From a virus (lineage: Duplodnaviria; Caudoviricetes), in the IMG/VR virus record IMGVR_UViG_3300028610_000868, positions 1 through 56,787 of that record: a stretch of DNA of 56,787 nt; one strand, given 5' to 3'. Under the pieces are notes generated by a model. That model made no database searches and was not told the DNA's origin. It saw nothing but the letters and a program-made list of their open reading frames with translations. This document shows, in pieces, positions 1 through 9,629 of this stretch. Both the position numbers and the translations under genes were made by a program. The first letter of the stretch is position 1. Each line of letters starts with the position of its first letter.

Positions 1-491
1 CGGCTCTGAATTGTCATATTAGTGCTACGCATAGCAGCTTTACCCTCAGATACGGCTTTAACATCCTCTTCGGTGAAGTCAAAACTAAACCGAGGGTTTT
101 TTGTGTTTAGGGTTCTCTTTCCAGTTTCTTTGTTAGGTGGAATATCCTTAACCGCCTTGGCCAAGGCACATCTGAACTCAAAGTTAACTTTTCCACAATC
201 AAAGTACAGCTTTTCAATAATTGCGTCGTCATGTTTGTGTTGGACGGCATCAACAGTAAACCCATCTGCATTTTTTAACAGGTTTGATTTATGTCTTAAT
301 GCCAATAACCGCGCTATACCAAGGGACTCAAATTCAAACCCATAATTTTTAAGAGAGGCAACAATAATACCATCATCATCATTGTATCCACGTATTCCTT
401 CCTGATCCAACACCAAACCATCTATACCAAGCACCGTAGCTAGGTTAGTTGTGTCAAGTATTAAACTGACTGTATCACTAGATAATCTCAC
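1..491 (-). CDS. Probable sliding clamp / polymerase accessory protein (runs off window edge; not in ORF track)
   Basis: GTG at 491 overlaps the polymerase TGA (GTGA coupling); open frame MRLSSDTVSLILDTTNLATVLGIDGLVLDQEGIRGY... to position 1; clamp call is inferred from position next to the polymerase. Confidence 0.5.
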   Translation of the reverse strand, partial: MRLSSDTVSLILDTTNLATVLGIDGLVLDQEGIRGYNDDDGIIVASLKNYGFEFESLGIARLLALRHKSNLLKNADGFTVDAVQHKHDDAIIEKLYFDCGKVNFEFRCALAKAVKDIPPNKETGKRTLNTKNPRFSFDFTEEDVKAVSEGKAAMRSTNMTIQS

Positions 492-3052
492 TCGAACAAC
501 CCCTCTTCAAATAATAGTTTCTTTTTCGTTGGCACTTTAATACCAGCGACAGAAATCATGATCTCCATTGGTCTATCTACCAACTTTTCTATCTGTATTC
601 CACGGTCTATGATAGGTATAAAATGTTTTACAAACCACGGTGGTAAAACATCTAGATCTACCGGTACAGCAATACTTTTGAACCTTCCGATAGGACTAGT
701 CAGATAAAACACAGACAATTTTGACCCAGATATTATTCTTTGGCTTTCCTTGTCACCATAACTTTGTAGACATTTGTTCCATAGTATAGCAGCAGAAACA
801 TGTCCCGGCAAGCGTAATTTCTCTTCCTTAGCGTTAAACCTTTCAGTATAATGCTCTAATTTATTAATTCCCTTTGGTGACCCTAGCCCCCTAATGTCCT
901 CTATTTCCATAAGTTCATCCTTAAATCCTACAATCTCCGGGCCTATTATATCCCAATCTTCCCCACGCAAAAGACGTTCTATGAACGTGCTCAATTTATT
1001 CTTAATTGCTTTCGGTAACGTGGTCTTTTTAATTGGCACACCCATGAACTTCATCTTATCAACGGGCTCACCATCGTTGTATACCACATGCAACATATAA
1101 TATTTCTTTCCAACATATATGCCACGGGAAGCTATAACTTCTTGCTCTGCCTTCATTATCCAGTTATGGGTTTCATCACAGAAAAAGGTATCTTCCATAA
1201 ACGCTGGGTATGAAGTGTTGATCGTCTTGCATACTTCATTTGCTAATGCAAAAGCGTCTTCCGCATTATCTTCATATGTTTTGAAGTATACAGAATCAGT
1301 ATCACCATAAACAATAGCATCTGATTCCATATCATATGCACCAGTTAATTCTTTGGCAATCGTTTTAGCCATGTGAAGTAAAACTTCGCGGCCAGATAGG
1401 GTTACCGACACAGGCATCCGTGTGTCGAAGAACTTAAAGAACCTATTACCACAGGCACCATACATCGCGTTAAGCTGGATTTTTTTGATATACTGCATAC
1501 GGTCATAGTATTCTCGCTGAGTTTTATCACCAGCGTTGCCAGCTTCCCACATCTTCTTTTTGAATTCCTTTCTTTCATCGAACCATGTTGTAAGAATTGA
1601 TGGTATAACACCAATATGATTTTGGTTGTACGCAGTGCCTGCTGCACTTATGGTCCACCCAAGTTCCCCAAACATCTTCGGCCATTTGTTTGCCGGGGCA
1701 TTCATAGACTTATTGGTATGTTCTTTCAAAAAGGTAATAGGTTCATCGGAACCTTCCCGTATTAGTTCAAATGCTCTATTACCATCTGCAAACTGGCCCA
1801 TAATAGATTCAGGACTAATATTCAAAGACCTCATTATACCCGGATATAGAGACTGCAAATCCACTGATGCTGTCCACTCATGCATTCCAACTTTAGGTGT
1901 AATAACTGTGGCACCATCATACTTTTCACTACTTGATTCTGGTGGAGTATGGTCTGGTACTTGTTTCCCCATTTCATAATGACAGTAGTTGATGATAGAC
2001 TGCTCAGCAACTTTAATAGTGCCTAGTACATCTGGAATCGGAGTAGTTGCCATATGAGATATTTGAACAGATAGTTTGATATACCTTTTCTTTTCTTCCA
2101 GCCCCTTAAGGATAACGGTATCACGAATGTTGTACCTGATGAATTCCTCAAAATTGTTTCGATACAAATCATACAATGATCCAGCGTAAGAAATCTTAGG
2201 CAAGTCTGGCAGTTCATCTTCAGCTACATGTTCTAGTTTGTAGCTTGGCTTCTCTGCCATTTCAAATTTCTTATATAAATCAAGATAATCTAATCCCACT
2301 CTACCATGGAGAACTAATTTCTTGTTGATATTACCGTACATTTGAACATCACGATAATAGGGATCACTAGTTCCATTGAAGCAAAGCTTATTACCAGCAC
2401 CCTTGTATAATACTTTGTTTGCCCTCTCGTAGATATACGGAAGGTCGAAGAAATCACTGTTCCACCCCGATATGATGTCGCTGTCGTCAAACTCTTCAAA
2501 CAAGAGTTTCAATAATTCGGCTTCGTTCTTACAAATTGTGACAGAAGCTTCATCCTTAATATCTTGTGGTATATCACGTTTTTTGAATTTTGCCCTGTTT
2601 TTGGGGGGAACGACCAAAACAATAGTTTCATCGGTATGACAATGATAGAGTGCTACTGAATTTATTGGGGCATACGGATTAGTCGGAGACGAGAATCCCC
2701 TATTCTTATCATAATCAACTTCGATATCGAGGAATGTTATATGCAAATCCCCGATCTCAGAGCCATAGAATTGCTCTGAGAGCACTTTATTCTCTGGCTT
2801 GATGTCCGACTCACATAGGACCACATTACGGTCTGTGTAAGTCTTACGGGCCTTCTGGAAGGCAAAGAAGTCCGTAAAGTCCAGCCGGGTCAATTTGTTC
2901 CCGTATAGATCACTAAATTTGCCATCTTTGTCGGGTACATAGAAGAAATAGGGAGCGTCAAACCTCTTTACAGCCCGCTCCCCCCCGGCATTTCTAGACC
3001 AAATTTTAACGAACTTTTTATTGTTTGTTAATATGGATGAGATATACGTCAT
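488..3052 (-). CDS. gp43: Family B DNA polymerase (T4 gp43-like) with 3'-5' exonuclease
   Basis: Exo motifs FLDIEVD, SGWNSDFFD, YNIRD; polymerase motifs SVDLQSLYP, KIQLNAMYG, YGDTDS. Confidence 0.97.
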   Translation of the reverse strand: MTYISSILTNNKKFVKIWSRNAGGERAVKRFDAPYFFYVPDKDGKFSDLYGNKLTRLDFTDFFAFQKARKTYTDRNVVLCESDIKPENKVLSEQFYGSEIGDLHITFLDIEVDYDKNRGFSSPTNPYAPINSVALYHCHTDETIVLVVPPKNRAKFKKRDIPQDIKDEASVTICKNEAELLKLLFEEFDDSDIISGWNSDFFDLPYIYERANKVLYKGAGNKLCFNGTSDPYYRDVQMYGNINKKLVLHGRVGLDYLDLYKKFEMAEKPSYKLEHVAEDELPDLPKISYAGSLYDLYRNNFEEFIRYNIRDTVILKGLEEKKRYIKLSVQISHMATTPIPDVLGTIKVAEQSIINYCHYEMGKQVPDHTPPESSSEKYDGATVITPKVGMHEWTASVDLQSLYPGIMRSLNISPESIMGQFADGNRAFELIREGSDEPITFLKEHTNKSMNAPANKWPKMFGELGWTISAAGTAYNQNHIGVIPSILTTWFDERKEFKKKMWEAGNAGDKTQREYYDRMQYIKKIQLNAMYGACGNRFFKFFDTRMPVSVTLSGREVLLHMAKTIAKELTGAYDMESDAIVYGDTDSVYFKTYEDNAEDAFALANEVCKTINTSYPAFMEDTFFCDETHNWIMKAEQEVIASRGIYVGKKYYMLHVVYNDGEPVDKMKFMGVPIKKTTLPKAIKNKLSTFIERLLRGEDWDIIGPEIVGFKDELMEIEDIRGLGSPKGINKLEHYTERFNAKEEKLRLPGHVSAAILWNKCLQSYGDKESQRIISGSKLSVFYLTSPIGRFKSIAVPVDLDVLPPWFVKHFIPIIDRGIQIEKLVDRPMEIMISVAGIKVPTKKKLLFEEGLFE

Positions 3053-3063
3053 AGAATGAGCGT

Positions 3064-3366
3064 TTACTCCACGTCATTGTCATCTGGTAATCCAGCATCA
3101 CCCAAAATAGTTTCACGAACTAGCTCAAAGACGCTGTTTTCAGATGTCATTTCAACGTACTTTTCATCGTCCATAGCTTTAGCTAGTTTAGCGGCAAGAA
3201 CGGGTGGCATCCCAAATTCTTCCTTAAGATCATCCTTTATATCTTTGACGCTGGCTCGTCTGTCTTTGACCATCTGCTCTTGTGCAGAGATCTCACAGAT
3301 TCGGTCTTTTATTCTTTGAATATCTTCTGGTTTGGTAGGTAATTCAAATTCACTTGTGTTACTCAT
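3064..3366 (-). CDS. DsbA/GapR-like double-stranded DNA binding protein
   Basis: 100-aa helical protein with the VKDIKDDLKEEFGMPPVLAAKLAK pattern of the T4 DsbA family; upstream of polymerase. Confidence 0.65.
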   Translation of the reverse strand: MSNTSEFELPTKPEDIQRIKDRICEISAQEQMVKDRRASVKDIKDDLKEEFGMPPVLAAKLAKAMDDEKYVEMTSENSVFELVRETILGDAGLPDDNDVE

Positions 3367-3418
3367 TATTATACTCCATTGTTATTGTTATTGCACTCGT
3401 ATATACGAGAAGATGAAC

Positions 3419-3447
3419 ATTATGTCACGGAAAATAATAAATTGCAA
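3419..3447 (-). promoter_or_regulatory. Sigma70-type promoter for dsbA-polymerase-clamp operon
   Basis: Minus strand TTGCAA-17 nt-CATAAT. Confidence 0.6.
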
Positions 3448-3452
3448 GAAAT

Positions 3453-4091
3453 TTATTCAGTATCAGCAAACCATTCCATATAACCGCCGGGAAAGTTTTC
3501 TTGATCATATAGGTATTCTTCTGTAGCTATGATGTTAAAGCGGATTATATTTAAATCTCCAGCCTCTACCGGGCTAATTGCATTTACAAATTGTGGACGA
3601 CAAGGGTATATAACAGTGGTGCCACGGTTGGCATTGAATCCAAAATCGTGGGTTGGAAATTCTAATTTACCACCCCTTACTTCGAACCTTTCATCAAAGT
3701 CTTGTTCTTCATTGAAGTCATTTAGAAAAACAACGACAGAAAAGTCATAATCTTTGACCTTCTGCCACAACATAGATTCACTACGTTTGCTTAAAAGAAC
3801 GCTGCCTTCACATGTGGCGCTTTGCCCATTGAATCCAGAAGGATACCATTCAAAGATAAATGGTGACAGAGTTTTGGTGGTAAACGTATAATATTTTTCA
3901 ATCGTTGGCATGAGGGTATTGAATATGGTTGTGATTCTCATCTCTGAAAGACGACTACCCTTATATGTAACTGTTGGTTTGCCCAATTGATCTGAGTTGG
4001 GTACAGTATTTTTCAACTTGCCCACAATGTCTTCACACTGTAGCGGTGATAACAAATCTCTTATTATGAGAAAGGGAGACTTATTGGGCAT
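3453..4091 (-). CDS. 2OG-Fe(II) oxygenase-fold protein, apparently lacking iron ligands
   Basis: N-terminal LSPLQCEDI, FSVVVFLND, GGKLEFP, GTTVIYP and SPVEAG match the prolyl-hydroxylase-like fold; no HxD or distal His. Confidence 0.7.
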   Translation of the reverse strand: MPNKSPFLIIRDLLSPLQCEDIVGKLKNTVPNSDQLGKPTVTYKGSRLSEMRITTIFNTLMPTIEKYYTFTTKTLSPFIFEWYPSGFNGQSATCEGSVLLSKRSESMLWQKVKDYDFSVVVFLNDFNEEQDFDERFEVRGGKLEFPTHDFGFNANRGTTVIYPCRPQFVNAISPVEAGDLNIIRFNIIATEEYLYDQENFPGGYMEWFADTE

Positions 4092-4134
4092 AGAAACTCC
4101 AAGAATAACGCATCATACTGATATGTATATAAAA

Positions 4135-4644
4135 TTACAATAAGTGAGTTTTGCTTAAAAGGATATGGGGTTCTTCAGTAGTTATAGAAAGAATAAAAGG
4201 AACGTTCGTTATTCTTTTTCCTTCTACCACAACCGTCAGTTCAATGGTAGCAACATTGTCATTTTCGCACATATTCATATGTGAAGTTCTGTCATTCAAT
4301 ACTATTGAACCGTTCCCATATGTTCCGGCAGTTGCGGTATAATCCTTTACATAGAAGATATTTTTGTCTTCTTCGGTAAGGGTTAATTTAAAGGACGGAT
4401 TACCAGAAAGAGATTCCACTACTATATTTGTGGCGGGTATTGCTATCTCAGTAGGTTCAGTAGATTCAGTCACCTTTTCTTCGGACTTCTTACAATCACA
4501 TTCACACTCACTGTCATCACCACAATCACAATCGTCGGAACATTTACATTTTCCTTCAGCCACAAGCTCTTCGAAAAGTTCAAGAAGCTTCTCTTCATGG
4601 TCGTTGAAAAATTCTAATAAAGCTTCGGCATCTTTGAATAACAT
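4135..4644 (-). CDS. Hypothetical protein with Cys-rich cluster and possible degenerate retropepsin-like C-terminus
   Basis: KCKCSDDCDCGDDSECECDCKK; C-terminal IELTVVVEGKRITNVPFILS...HILLSK. Confidence 0.55.
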   Translation of the reverse strand: MLFKDAEALLEFFNDHEEKLLELFEELVAEGKCKCSDDCDCGDDSECECDCKKSEEKVTESTEPTEIAIPATNIVVESLSGNPSFKLTLTEEDKNIFYVKDYTATAGTYGNGSIVLNDRTSHMNMCENDNVATIELTVVVEGKRITNVPFILSITTEEPHILLSKTHLL

Positions 4645-4645
4645 T

Positions 4646-5134
4646 TTAAGTGTCCCCTCGCAATACCTTATTAAGACGACTCAACCGCTTGGATAGTGTT
4701 TTTCTCTTGGTAAACAAGGTCTTTCTAACACGGATTCCTTTCTTAACTCTGGCAGCTCTTTTTCCAATACGAACACGACGTGGGTCTTTACGTTTCCCAC
4801 ACTTTTCCGGGGATGTTACTAATCGCCCAGCCTTCGGTCCTGTTGTACATCTATATTGTCGTAGAAATTTATCACCATAACGACGGAATTGACGATCAAC
4901 AGCTTCAGCTAACATGCTGATTCCTTCTTGATCTAGAACTTCATTCAACTTAGTTATGATGGAATTAACTTCCGTTATAGCCTTTTCATCTAGAGTATTG
5001 TCTTTGAGGATAGTTTGAATTCGTTGTATGTCTCTACCAACCCATTCTAATTCTTCAAGAACAACTACTGTATCTTCAGCTATAGTTTCCTCGTTTAAAA
5101 AAACGCTTTCGTGTATAACGCTATTTAATTTCAT
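4646..5134 (-). CDS. Hypothetical virion protein with basic C-terminal half
   Basis: 162-aa ORF, acidic N-half with (L/I)xE sites and basic C-half (YRCTTGPKAGRLV); ATGA overlap with upstream gene. Confidence 0.6.
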   Translation of the reverse strand: MKLNSVIHESVFLNEETIAEDTVVVLEELEWVGRDIQRIQTILKDNTLDEKAITEVNSIITKLNEVLDQEGISMLAEAVDRQFRRYGDKFLRQYRCTTGPKAGRLVTSPEKCGKRKDPRRVRIGKRAARVKKGIRVRKTLFTKRKTLSKRLSRLNKVLRGDT

Positions 5135-6441
5135 TGTGGACCTCGTTGGGGATTCATGGCTTGGCCGGGTTGCTTTTCTTCCTGATCTTGTTTGGCTTTA
5201 TCCAGTCTGGCTTGGGTTTCTTCTCTGCCTGCTTGATCAGCATTAAACTGCTCTTGATTCCTTGCTGCCCGCATTTTAGCCTGTAGCTCTCTTTTTGCCG
5301 CTTGAAACTGTTTCTGTTTGTGTGCTCTTTCTTCTGGCGTATCGGTTTTTCCGAGCTTATACTTTTGTATCATTATCATTTTTTCTCTATTCAAAGAAGC
5401 CGTAGTATCATTAACATCAAGTTCTAATATCATAGAAGTAAATATAGAGGAAAATCCTTCCCCCATACCTCTTTTCCTTTTATAGTTATACTTAGCCAAT
5501 TCTGCACGTTCTTTAACCCGTTTTTCTTTTTCCTTTTCAGCATCCATCTCAGCCTGTGCTGAAATCATTTCTTCCTGTGATGCCATCTCATTTTTAGAAG
5601 ATCTCAATGCTATTTCAGCTTGGTGGGCTTTGGCCTTTTCTTCTTCTGCCTTGGCCTGTGCTGTTTCCTTTTCATTCTGAGACTTAAGCATCCCAAGAAC
5701 GGAAATCAACAGAGATTCTTTATCAGGTTCTTCGCCAAAATCATCTCCAATGTCGGCATCATCATCCCCCAATTTACCATCCATACCTTCTGGACCTTCT
5801 GGACCTTCACCACCCATATCTTCTGGACCTTCACCACCCATTTCGTCTTCACCACCCATACCTTCTGGGCTTTCATCTTCGGCCTCTGGTAAAGTAGATA
5901 TTTCATCAGCGTTATATACTGCATCTTTCGGGATGGTTGGAAACTGGGCATCAATGATTGTGAATTCATCTTTAAGTTCATACAATAGCTCTGCAAGGGT
6001 CTTATTTTCCCCGTTACCGGTTTTTTTGTAGTCTAGGACATCTGCTAACGCCTGAGCACAACGCCTCTCAAGCTCTTCAGATTGCTCCATTGGGACGGTT
6101 ACAAGCATAAGGTTACCCATGTCATCTTGAATGCCATATGAAATCACATCAGTAGGTTCATATCCACTGTTCTTTTCCATACTTTTTAGTCTGGAAGTGG
6201 CGTCATCAAGCTGAAAGGGGTATGAGGCTGATTCATTTATCTTGGATATAGAGCCTTGTAATTTAAGGGGTACGGGGGTATATCCCTTACTGCCCTTTTT
6301 AACGTTATTGTAAAAATTCAACATAAAGTCTTTCAATGACATTCTGGATTGCATAGCACCCAAACGATTACTAGGAACTACAGCTATGGAATGAGCTGTT
6401 GTAGATCCTGCTGCGGCTGTTTCATTCACTTTGTCCATCAT
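5131..6441 (-). CDS. Hypothetical (probable virion/head) protein with acidic GGEGPE repeats and coiled coil
   Basis: 436-aa ORF, ATAAATA late-promoter-like motif upstream. Confidence 0.65.
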   Translation of the reverse strand: MMDKVNETAAAGSTTAHSIAVVPSNRLGAMQSRMSLKDFMLNFYNNVKKGSKGYTPVPLKLQGSISKINESASYPFQLDDATSRLKSMEKNSGYEPTDVISYGIQDDMGNLMLVTVPMEQSEELERRCAQALADVLDYKKTGNGENKTLAELLYELKDEFTIIDAQFPTIPKDAVYNADEISTLPEAEDESPEGMGGEDEMGGEGPEDMGGEGPEGPEGMDGKLGDDDADIGDDFGEEPDKESLLISVLGMLKSQNEKETAQAKAEEEKAKAHQAEIALRSSKNEMASQEEMISAQAEMDAEKEKEKRVKERAELAKYNYKRKRGMGEGFSSIFTSMILELDVNDTTASLNREKMIMIQKYKLGKTDTPEERAHKQKQFQAAKRELQAKMRAARNQEQFNADQAGREETQARLDKAKQDQEEKQPGQAMNPQRGPQ

Positions 6442-6491
6442 ATTATCCGAACCCTTTTCATATATTTATCATTTTGAGCTTAAGTTGCTGA

Positions 6492-6932
6492 TTAATTGAA
6501 CTGTTCATTCTCCGTTAAAACACGGAATGTAATCCCTTTTCCCTTGCACCAGTTTCTTGCTGCTTCCCATTTCAGTTGATTTATAAAAAATATTTGATTT
6601 TCAAACATCTTGTTCTTTGGGTTTCTTGAGCGGGAAGCCCTAGTTTGTTTTTTAGGCTTTATTTCAATTAAATCCTTACACAAAGTCCCTGATGTATTTA
6701 TATACTCTATGTATAAATCTGGATAATATTTAGATGGCTTCACCCCTCCCTTCGCGGCTGGTTTAGCATAAGGAATGACTATCTCTTCAGATGACCATTT
6801 TAAAACATTGGGGTTGTTATCACAGAACACAAAAGCAGCGTATTCCCATGAAGAACGGTAAAAGACATTTGTAACATCACCCTTATACTTTTCTGGGTGT
6901 TTGACTGTGTAATACTCTTGTTGCCAACCCAT
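6492..6932 (-). CDS. gp4: Head completion nuclease (T4 gp4-like, TnsA-type PD-(D/E)xK)
   Basis: HPEKYKGD, YRSSWE, WSSEE, YYPD, LIEIKP, KWEAA motifs. Confidence 0.93.
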   Translation of the reverse strand: MGWQQEYYTVKHPEKYKGDVTNVFYRSSWEYAAFVFCDNNPNVLKWSSEEIVIPYAKPAAKGGVKPSKYYPDLYIEYINTSGTLCKDLIEIKPKKQTRASRSRNPKNKMFENQIFFINQLKWEAARNWCKGKGITFRVLTENEQFN

Positions 6933-6941
6933 AATTTATCC

Positions 6942-7952
6942 TTAGAATGCGATAATGTCTGGCAGGAAGTCAATATCAGGTTTAAGTAATGGGTCTAACT
7001 TATTTAAGTTACCAGCAAGTGGACCAACAAAAGTTCCTATCGTATCAATTACAGGAATATTTGGTATTACGTCTAACCTACGAACTCTCCTTACAAGGCG
7101 CTCTGCATCAACCACCTTACCTCTTATATCGTTTAAGGTAAACGTATTTTTCTCTGGTTCTGGAGTTATTATTTTAGCGTCATCAGTTGGAGAATTAATA
7201 TACACGGAGTCATATACAAAGTTCATCATTAGGGTATTAATATCAGATTGCCCCATATCTAATTCATCAAGTGTCATGTTGATAACCTTTGGGTTTAAGA
7301 AATGATAATCAACATATTGATGGTTCTCGGCATTTTCTCCCTCTCCACCGCGCCGTTCTATTTGGCTAAAGAACCAATGTCTAATGGTGATGGTTTCGAT
7401 AAGTCCACTCTCTCCACCAGAAAGCACGCCGGGGGGCAATGGTCCTATAGATCCAGTACTAACCCTACTATTTTCTGAGGAGTTAAATCCTTTATTTTTT
7501 GGGCCTGCCTTTTCAGTGAATAGTTGATTTGCCAAAGCTGGGGGAGCATTAGCGATAGGGCTAATGCCTTTTAAGTAAGATTCATATACATTATGTGCAA
7601 CATTACCAACATCGTCATAAAATGTAACTTGCATTGTTCCGTAATCCATTTTGGTTGCAACTTTGGTTCTATAATTGTAAAAATTCACATCCACATAATT
7701 AACCGTGGGGATTGGGCGTGAGGCTTGTTTAATAGAGAAAGTTACGATGTCCGTAAGGTTATTTGTGGTCATAGACGCTTGTAGGCTATTACCTATTGGT
7801 GGCCTGAATTTAAGGGATACCGTAAAGTTAAATTTAAGCTTTGGCCGTTTAATAGTGGTGAACATATCTACCACCGGGGCATCACCGTCACCACCAGATA
7901 TATCTGGTCTACGGGATAATAGTCTGAATCTGCCTTTGTTACTATCAGCCAT
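6942..7952 (-). CDS. Tail tube-like baseplate protein (gp54/gp48-like tube initiator)
   Basis: PKLKFNF, ASRP, VNFYNYRTKV, VTFYDD, LDELDM tube-fold motifs; adjacent to tube gene. Confidence 0.75.
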   Translation of the reverse strand: MADSNKGRFRLLSRRPDISGGDGDAPVVDMFTTIKRPKLKFNFTVSLKFRPPIGNSLQASMTTNNLTDIVTFSIKQASRPIPTVNYVDVNFYNYRTKVATKMDYGTMQVTFYDDVGNVAHNVYESYLKGISPIANAPPALANQLFTEKAGPKNKGFNSSENSRVSTGSIGPLPPGVLSGGESGLIETITIRHWFFSQIERRGGEGENAENHQYVDYHFLNPKVINMTLDELDMGQSDINTLMMNFVYDSVYINSPTDDAKIITPEPEKNTFTLNDIRGKVVDAERLVRRVRRLDVIPNIPVIDTIGTFVGPLAGNLNKLDPLLKPDIDFLPDIIAF

Positions 7953-7976
7953 GATTAAATTCCATACCTTTTTAAG

Positions 7977-7984
7977 TATTTATA
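7977..7984 (-). promoter_or_regulatory. T4-type late promoter TATAAATA
   Basis: Exact TATAAATA on minus strand upstream of tube-like gene. Confidence 0.7.
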
Positions 7985-8018
7985 AAAAAGGAAAGGCCCG
8001 TAAAACGAGCCTTCTTTT
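7984..8018 (-). terminator. Intrinsic terminator after tail tube gene
   Basis: Minus strand AAGGCTCGT-TTT-ACGGGCCTT hairpin followed by TCCTTTTTT. Confidence 0.7.
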
Positions 8019-8032
8019 AAATACTTATTGGT

Positions 8033-8626
8033 TTATAATATGAAGCCACTTCCTGAGGAACCAGCACCGCCAGTAGCTTTACCGGAAACACCGTCAGGGT
8101 TAATATTCTGACGTGCATGGTCAAATCGGAAAGTAACCGTTACCTTCACAGATTCAGATGCTGCATAATCTAGGTCAGTGAAGTCAACGTTCTGTATGAA
8201 CGCGCCTTCCAAAATCCATGTTTCAACAACAGATGTATTACCATCCAGTAAGTCCATCTTAATAGCAAATTTATAATCCTGTCCAGATGGTGCAGAAGGC
8301 AAACGTGGGGCCGCAGTCAAACCAATAATACTTTGCTGTAGCTCTAGTTGTTCTTGTAATGCTGCCGTTACACCACCGTTCAAATCGTCTTCAAAGGTGA
8401 TATTAACTGGCTCAAAGATGTGTTTACCAGCAACATATCCCTTAGAGTTGTAACGATCTAGTACAACCTCTTCGAATTGTAGTTTAGGGCGGTCGGCACT
8501 TATTGCGTTCAAACGAAGCGGTTCAGAGTCACCAGCCATATTTTGAAACGTTATTGCCCACTTGTGTTTTAGGCGCGGTTGGGCAATTCCACCACCATCT
8601 ACGCCTAAGTCAGTAATTAATGCCAT
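8033..8626 (-). CDS. gp19: Tail tube protein (gp19-like)
   Basis: QPRLKHKW, SADRPKL, YVAGKH, ITFEDD, W.LEGAF, LDYAAS, VTFRFDHA. Confidence 0.9.
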   Translation of the reverse strand: MALITDLGVDGGGIAQPRLKHKWAITFQNMAGDSEPLRLNAISADRPKLQFEEVVLDRYNSKGYVAGKHIFEPVNITFEDDLNGGVTAALQEQLELQQSIIGLTAAPRLPSAPSGQDYKFAIKMDLLDGNTSVVETWILEGAFIQNVDFTDLDYAASESVKVTVTFRFDHARQNINPDGVSGKATGGAGSSGSGFIL

Positions 8627-8659
8627 CGATTATTCTCCCTTGCATAGGTCTGTTTAAAG

Positions 8660-8667
8660 TATTTATA
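8660..8667 (-). promoter_or_regulatory. T4-type late promoter TATAAATA
   Basis: Exact match upstream of tube gene with GGGAG SD. Confidence 0.75.
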
Positions 8668-8739
8668 GAACCTGCATTTATTTTTTACATGTTTTCGGTA
8701 TAATGATAAATAAATATATGTAGAATATGGAGTTAAACA

Positions 8740-9483
8740 ATGGCCTCTTTTAAACAATACGTTGCAGAAAGCATTCTTAGTGAACAGGACAAATCTGAAG
8801 TCAACGCAGATGTCATCTATCAGAAGATGTTAGATGTGTTAGATAATGCCCATATTGACTTTAGTGAAGACATGATTAATTTTCACTTGGGGAGAATCAT
8901 CAAGAACAGTAACATTAATATATCTGTAGTTATACGCGTGGAAGACCGAGATGATGTGCGTTTGGGGCGTAACAAGGATACTGGTGAATTGACCATAGTA
9001 GTGGGAAGCCGTAAAGAACTTCCAGCTAGGACGGAAATAGATGCTTTCCTATCCAAAGACCGTGCCAGAGCCCAAAAAGTAAAGGGATTCATCTCTCAAT
9101 ATCTTACTGATTTCTACAGAAACGAAGACCCTTCCCTTATTACCACGAAGTATGAAGAAGAAACTGAAGCTAATTCAAGTATTGATGACCGATACGAAAA
9201 GCTTGCCCAGCAGTTAAAAGGTCGTATGGATGACTATAATGGTATGATAGAAGACCTTCAGGGTGATATGGATACCGAAAACACCGGTAAACAGGAAACG
9301 GCCAAAAGAGCTATGAAACATTTGGCCAAAGAACAATTTGGTGATACTCTGGAAGAATTCAAGAAAATTGCCTTGAAGTTGTTCGGTGTTTCAAAACTTA
9401 TGAGCAAAGAAAACAAGGAAAAATTGTCCAATAGATTAGACAGTTTTTACGATCAGAAAATTAAGCCATTGTTGGCCAAGTAA
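8740..9483 (+). CDS. Hypothetical protein, probable capsid-internal protein
   Basis: N-terminus MASFKQYVAES resembles the T4 capsid-targeting sequence; GGAG SD; ATAAATA upstream. Confidence 0.6.
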   Translation: MASFKQYVAESILSEQDKSEVNADVIYQKMLDVLDNAHIDFSEDMINFHLGRIIKNSNINISVVIRVEDRDDVRLGRNKDTGELTIVVGSRKELPARTEIDAFLSKDRARAQKVKGFISQYLTDFYRNEDPSLITTKYEEETEANSSIDDRYEKLAQQLKGRMDDYNGMIEDLQGDMDTENTGKQETAKRAMKHLAKEQFGDTLEEFKKIALKLFGVSKLMSKENKEKLSNRLDSFYDQKIKPLLAK

Positions 9484-9629
9484 TTATACCCCAGACGAAA
9501 TAGATGTCACGATTGGTGTGAATAAAAGAAATGATGGTCAATCAATAAAAGGCTATGTCCCCTACAAGTAGGGGACCATTAATTCCATAGTCGAGATCCA
9601 CATTGACGCTCATAAATAACGTCACCGAA

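Noticed and set aside
488-3052. Intein or intron in the polymerase
   Set aside because: Length and motif spacing are normal, with no splicing motifs
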